DNA from: Neocallimastix sp. 'constans'
Taxonomy: Eukaryota
Reading direction: 5' to 3'
Assembly (NCBI GenBank): GCA_050613775.1
Contig: JBODTK010000148.1
Coordinates: forward strand, 372,001 to 421,514
Length of the DNA: 49,514 nt
Part shown: piece after piece, positions 43,801-49,514 of the stretch
How positions within the stretch are numbered: position 1 is the stretch's first letter
Layout: each line of letters begins with the position of its first letter
Position numbers and translations under genes: made by a program
The notes under the pieces: model-generated
The model's database searches: none
What the model was told of the DNA's origin: nothing
Seen by the model: only the letters and a program-made list of their open reading frames with translations

Positions 43801-45318
43801 GATAAGTTGAAATCGGAGGAGGAGCAGAAATATAATGAGAAAAAACAAAAATTACTTAATGAAAATAATACCAAATTTGACGATGAGAAAAAGAATATTG
43901 AAAGGGATTATGAAACGAAAATTCAAACATATAAAAAGCAAAAGGAGGAGGAATTAGAAAAAATTAAAAAGAAATTTGAAGAGGAAAAGAAGGAATTAGA
44001 TAAGAAACAAAAGGAAGCATTAGATGAAATTATGAATAATAAATTAAGTGAAGAAAAAATTAACGAATTAAAAGCACAAAATAGTAAAGAATTAGAGGAT
44101 ATAAAAAGGAAAGAAAAAGAGATTAATGATGAAATTCTTAAAAGAAAGGGAGAATTAAAACAGTTAGAAGATATTAATTTAAAAAAATTACAAACGGAAA
44201 AAGAAAAATTAAAAGAACAATATGATAAAGATTTTGAAAAAATAAAGCAAGATATAATTAAAAATTTTGATATAAAAGTTGATCATGAACGTCAAAAGAT
44301 AGAAGATGACTATAATTTAAAAATAGAAAAGGTGAAAAAAACGTTCGAAAAAGATTTTAAAGAAACAAAATTAAAATTTGAAGAAGAAAGAAATAGACAA
44401 CAGGAAACTCTCGAAAAAGAGAATAAAGAAAGAATATATGAATTGATACGACAAATGAAACATAAAGAGGAAATGAAGTTAAATCGTGAATTAGTAGAAA
44501 TTCAAGAATTAGAAAGGGATAAATTTAATAAGCAACTAACAATAAAACGTAAGGAATGGGCTAAAGAAGAAGAGGAAGCGGAAAGAAATTTCAGTAATCG
44601 TATTAAGAAAATTAATGATAATATTAATGAATTAATTGATCAGGAAAAACAAAGAGAAGAAATGTATAGACAACATTTAGATGCTTTGAATATTGAAAAT
44701 AAAAATTCAGATGCTCCTCAGAGTACTTCGGAAAAAGAAACTATTGATTCTGATAATGATAAATTACAAACTCAAATAAAATCCAATCAAGATATTAATG
44801 AACAATTATTAAAAGATATTGAATATCAAAGAGAAAAAATAAATCATCATAAAGAAATGCTTGAGGAAGAATTTAATCAATTAATGGAAATTTATGATAA
44901 AAGGAAAGAAGAACTAGAAAAGGATAAATTAGCTTTAGAAGAAGATTCCTCAATTTATCGTAATATTCTTGATAGTGAAATTAATGAATTAGCTTTAATT
45001 ATTAAAGCTCATTGTGTCAACGAAAGAAAATTGCTCACTGATGCTAATGAAATTAATATTTTCAGTAAAGATAGTTCAAAATTGGTAAGAGATGATAGCT
45101 ATTCGCACAGTCCAATCATTAAAGATCAAGGTAATCTTCATTACATAATAATTATTAATTACTATTAACAAAAAAAAAAAAAAAAACCGTTTATTTATTA
45201 ATATAAATGATAATAATATATATTATGTTAATATTTATTTATATTTATTGAATTATTTTTAATAATTATTATTATTCTTTTTTTTCTCTCACTCTATATA
45301 TATATATAATTGTTTTTT

Positions 45319-45370
<52 letters not shown>

Positions 45371-46521
45371 TATTTTACGTTATAGAAGATAAAAGAAATA
45401 ATTATGTAAAGTCATATATGGAAACTGAAGGTAACGAAAAATTTGATCTCATTGATCAACATCTTAAAAGAACAGCTCAAGAATTGGAGCTTTCAAAGAA
45501 AAAATTGGAATTACAAAATAACGATGTATATATTAATAATACCAGGAAAAATCGTAGTAAAAAAGATAAAAGATCTTCAGTTTTTGATGAAAATGAAACT
45601 GAAACTGAAACTGAAACTGAAACTGAAACTGAAATTGAAATCGAAACCGAAACCGAAACTGAATCTAAAGGTAATAATGAGGATATGGAATCTAATACTC
45701 TATCAGATAAAGATAGTACTTCTGAAAGTGAATCTTATGATGATGATGATGATGATGATAATAATAATGGTAGTAATGAAACTAAGACCAAAAATAATTA
45801 TCTTAATAAATATTCAAATACTAATGAAGATTTACAAAGTATCAATAAAAAAATCAGTGATATCAATGAATTGAGTGAAAAGTATAATTGGAGAATAAAA
45901 CCAAATACTATGAAATTTAATGAAAAGGATGAACAAGAAATGAAAGACTCAGATAATAAAATTAAAATATCAAAGAAAAAATCAAATACTCATCGAAAAA
46001 ATAAACATAAAAAAAAGAGTTCCAGATCAAAATCAAATAGTTATAAAGATATAGATAATCCAAAAAAATACGAGAATAATTATGTATTGAAATCCTCGTC
46101 CTATCGTGATTCCTATCTTTCAAGCAATAGAAATAATAATTATGAGGATGAATATGATAATTTAAATATAAAGAATAATGGAAGTAAAAATCTTATGTTT
46201 GATACTGAAGAATTAGGAAAAGAGTTAGATAGTCTTTTGAATCATATTCGTTCCACTAGAAATAATAATACCTATGGATTATATGATAAAAATTATAAGT
46301 ACTCTCCATCATATAATTTTAAGCATCCAATAGAAAAAGAAAGTTATATCTCAAGTTCTTACAATCATAGAATGAATTCATTGAGTGGTATGCATGATTA
46401 CTCCTCCTTAAATAATAATATTCCATATTATTCTCAGAGCTATTTGTCAACTATTGATAGGAATTCAAAATATAGAAATTATGGTAAATGTTATTTTGTA
46501 TAATTAATATTCAATAATAAC

Positions 46522-46552
<31 letters not shown>

Positions 46553-47066
46553 AAAGTATGAAAATTAATAAAAATAATTATAATCTACATTTTAATTTTT
46601 TTTAATGAATGTAATTTTTTAGATTCATATGATTATACTTCTCCAAGAAATAGTATGAGATATAATAAATATAATAAGTTATCAACAAGACATAGCTCTA
46701 TAAATTATTATGATGAACCTCTTCATTCTGGTAAGTTGTTTGATTATAATTTCCATTTTATTGTCTAAACGAAATAATAATTTGTATTATTATTTAAATA
46801 ATTATAATCGAAATAAACAGCATTAAGCCTAACAAATAAATCAGAAGCCTTATTACAAGAACATCGTGCATGGTTAAAGTAATTATATATATATATTTTT
46901 TTTAAATGTTAATTTCAAAAAAAAAAAAATAATTTTTTTTTTTTCATATATGTTTTTTTTATAACACTAATCAAAATTATTAATTATTCTATTCTATAAT
47001 ATTATAAATTTATTTTCATTAAATTTTAGGTCATTCATTGCAAAAAATAATAATATAATGAATTAA
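40837..47066 (+). CDS. CEP164: Centrosomal protein CEP164 homolog (N-terminal WW domain, long coiled coil), 9 exons
   Basis: Exons 40837-40894, 41117-41228, 41591-41759, 41985-42255, 42602-45130, 45386-46483, 46623-46730, 46821-46878 and 47030-47066, all with phase-compatible GT-AG joins. The N-terminus [82 protein letters not shown] is the characteristic CEP164 NTD/WW. A long E/K coiled coil follows. Confidence 0.92.
41300..41530. repeat. Tandem duplication in CEP164 intron 2 (4 x AAATACAATATACAA, higher-order period ~120 bp)
   Basis: The motif recurs at ~41332, 41385, 41456 and 41503, with alternating AAT/AGT endings. Confidence 0.8.
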
Positions 47067-48054
47067 TGAATATATATATATATTCATTATATATAATATA
47101 CTTTTTTTTACAATTAGAATATTTACTTTTTTTTTTAAATATATACTTTAAAAAAAAAATACTGTATTAAAATAATTTAGTATTATCTATTACATAAATA
47201 TTTTAATAGTATACTAATAGAAATAGAAATTAAAAAAAAAAAAAAAAAATTATAAATTAATATATTCATATATCTATATATACATATATATATATATTTT
47301 TTTTTTCTCTTTTTTTTTTTTTTTTATTTTTTTTGAATATGAAATATTAATTATATTAAAAATCAAAATATTTAATATAAAAATTTTGACATGAATAATA
47401 TTAAAAAAAAAAAAAATTAAAAAAAAAATCGCCAATATAATTTTTATGAAATTTTTTAATTTATTTTATTAAGAATTTTATATATGAAATATAATATAAT
47501 CATTATATCTGTTAATATATATATAATATTAAAATATTGTAAAAGATGAGTATAAAGTAAAATATCTAATATAAAAATAAATAGAAATAAATATTTATAG
47601 AATAAAATAAAAAAATTAAATAATACTAATAATAATAATAAATAATAATAATAATTAAAACTTTTAATAATTATAAAGATAAAAAAGAAAATAAATTAAA
47701 TCATAAATATTATGAAATAAATAGAAAGTAGAATAGAAAAAAAAATATTATTTTAATAAAATTCTTTATAAAGCAATTAAAAATAAATTACCAAGATTAT
47801 CATTACTTTTATTTAATTAATTACTTAATTGTAATTTAAATTGTATTTTAATATTTAATTTTTTGAATGAATAAAGCTATTTAAGAAATTTATTGTTTTT
47901 TTTTTTTTTTTATCAACATATTAAAGCAATAAGATAAGTTAAGAAAGTCAAGACTAAAAAAAAAAAAAAATAAAAAAAGAAATATTATTTATTTATTTGT
48001 ATATTTATTAATTTAATTTATGAAGATAATTTTAAGATAAAAGTCATATCCATT

Positions 48055-48668
48055 ATGGCAAATAATACCCTTTTTAATTTACATCCAAATGAATTAAGAT
48101 ATTCAGCAATATGTCTGATTGTATGCATTGTCTGTTGGAATTTTCAAATGGTAATTTAATAATATAGATTAAAAAAAAAAAAAATATATATATATATATA
48201 TATTATATTTATCATCATTATTATAATAAATTGTATTGAACTATTTAAATATTCCTTTAAAATTCGAATTTCATAAACAATTAGGAATTAATCCGAAATC
48301 TCCAAATCAATTTAAAATATAACAAACCATTTTTTATAGTGTATGAATAAGAAATTTATAGATTATTACTAATTATATATTTAAAAGAAAAAAAGATTTT
48401 AAGAGTTCTAATATTAATTTTCCTTCACTCTATATATGTATATAAATTTTTTAAAGTTGGTTAAATACAAGTGTACTGCTATTTTCAATTCCATTATATT
48501 CTCGACATAATAAAACTAATATAAAGGAAACTTTAAAATTAGAATCTCCTAATAAGAAACAAAACTATTACCAACATGTCACAAGTATACTAAAAAAAAA
48601 TAGTAAATATTATATTTTAAAATTATTAATAATATTATTAAATAATAATAATAATAATAGTAATAATT

Positions 48669-48722
<54 letters not shown>

Positions 48723-49398
48723 TTTTAATAATAATAATAATAATAAATATAGATAATCTATATACTAAAATGTTGAACTTTAAATAATTATAATAATAAT
48801 ATTTAATTTTTATTTTTACATATTAGAAATACTATCACGATTTCAAGTTCAATTTAAACCCATTATTTCAAAATTAATTAATATTTCATTTATTATTAAT
48901 CAAAAAATTCAAATATTACTTTATAAATTATTGGGAACAAAAAGAGCATTACCATCATTTCCATTTATACTCATTATGTCTTTATTACAATTTATTCCAT
49001 ATTATTTATGGTATTTTGCAATTAATCATTCAAACGTTTCAGATATGATGGTTATATCTAACTCTTCTTCTATCTTTACCTATATTTTAACCATTATTAT
49101 ATTAAAAGAACAAATATCAATAACAAAACTATTAGGTATTGCCCTTAGTTTCACTGGTGTGATATATATGTCTCTCTGGAATTCTGAGGAAATTGTAGAA
49201 GAAATTATTCAAGATGAAATTGAATTAAATAAATTTAATGATACACTACTAGGTGATCTTTCCTTTTCTAATTTATATGATAAATATGAAAATTTAACAT
49301 TACGACGAAGAGATATTGATTTAAATGGTTTAAATGAGGAGTTTCGAGATGATATTGATACACTTTATAAACAGAGAATTGTTGCAAATATTTTAGCT
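48055..49398 (+). CDS. Drug/metabolite transporter (EamA/SLC35F-like) membrane protein, first 4 exons; continues beyond the window
   Basis: Exons 48055-48150, 48285-48340, 48457-48584 and 48827-49398, phase compatible. Motifs LKYNKPFFIVWLNTS and YLWYFAINHSNVSDMMVISNSSSIFTYILTIIILKEQISITKLLGIALSFTGV are typical of SLC35F/THI74-like DMT proteins. A GTAAGT donor follows at 49399. Confidence 0.82.
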
Positions 49399-49514
49399 GT
49401 AAGTATATTTAATATCATTTATTATATTTAATATTTTTTATTATATTTAATATCATTTATTATATTTAATACATTTTATTTTATTTTTATTATTATTTTT
49501 ATTTTTATTTTTAT

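Overview
Extremely AT-rich eukaryotic genomic DNA with long homopolymers, microsatellites and GT-AG introns. The composition plus a CEP164 centriolar gene point to a zoosporic fungus, most plausibly an anaerobic gut fungus (Neocallimastigomycota); this assignment is inference. The window has three parts. (1) 1-16.4 kb is a mobile-element-rich island. It holds an APE endonuclease fragment, a pair of ~410-bp LTR-like direct repeats, an internally deleted and frameshifted LINE (N-terminal domain-APE-partial RT-CCHC-polyA) and a second 5'-truncated copy of that LINE family. It also holds a probable copia-type LTR with PPT, a disrupted ankyrin-repeat gene, two degenerate paralogous ORF remnants and one intact intronless 473-aa orphan ORF. 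(2) 16.4-26.9 kb is an AT-rich stretch with no recognisable gene. (3) 26.9-49.5 kb holds host genes: an intronless 1521-aa low-complexity protein, a 7-exon MGRN1/RNF157/LOG2-family RING E3 ligase (minus strand), a divergently transcribed 9-exon CEP164 homolog, and the first four exons of an SLC35F/EamA-like transporter. No rRNA, tRNA or CRISPR array was recognised. All family assignments are by eye from motifs; no searches were run.
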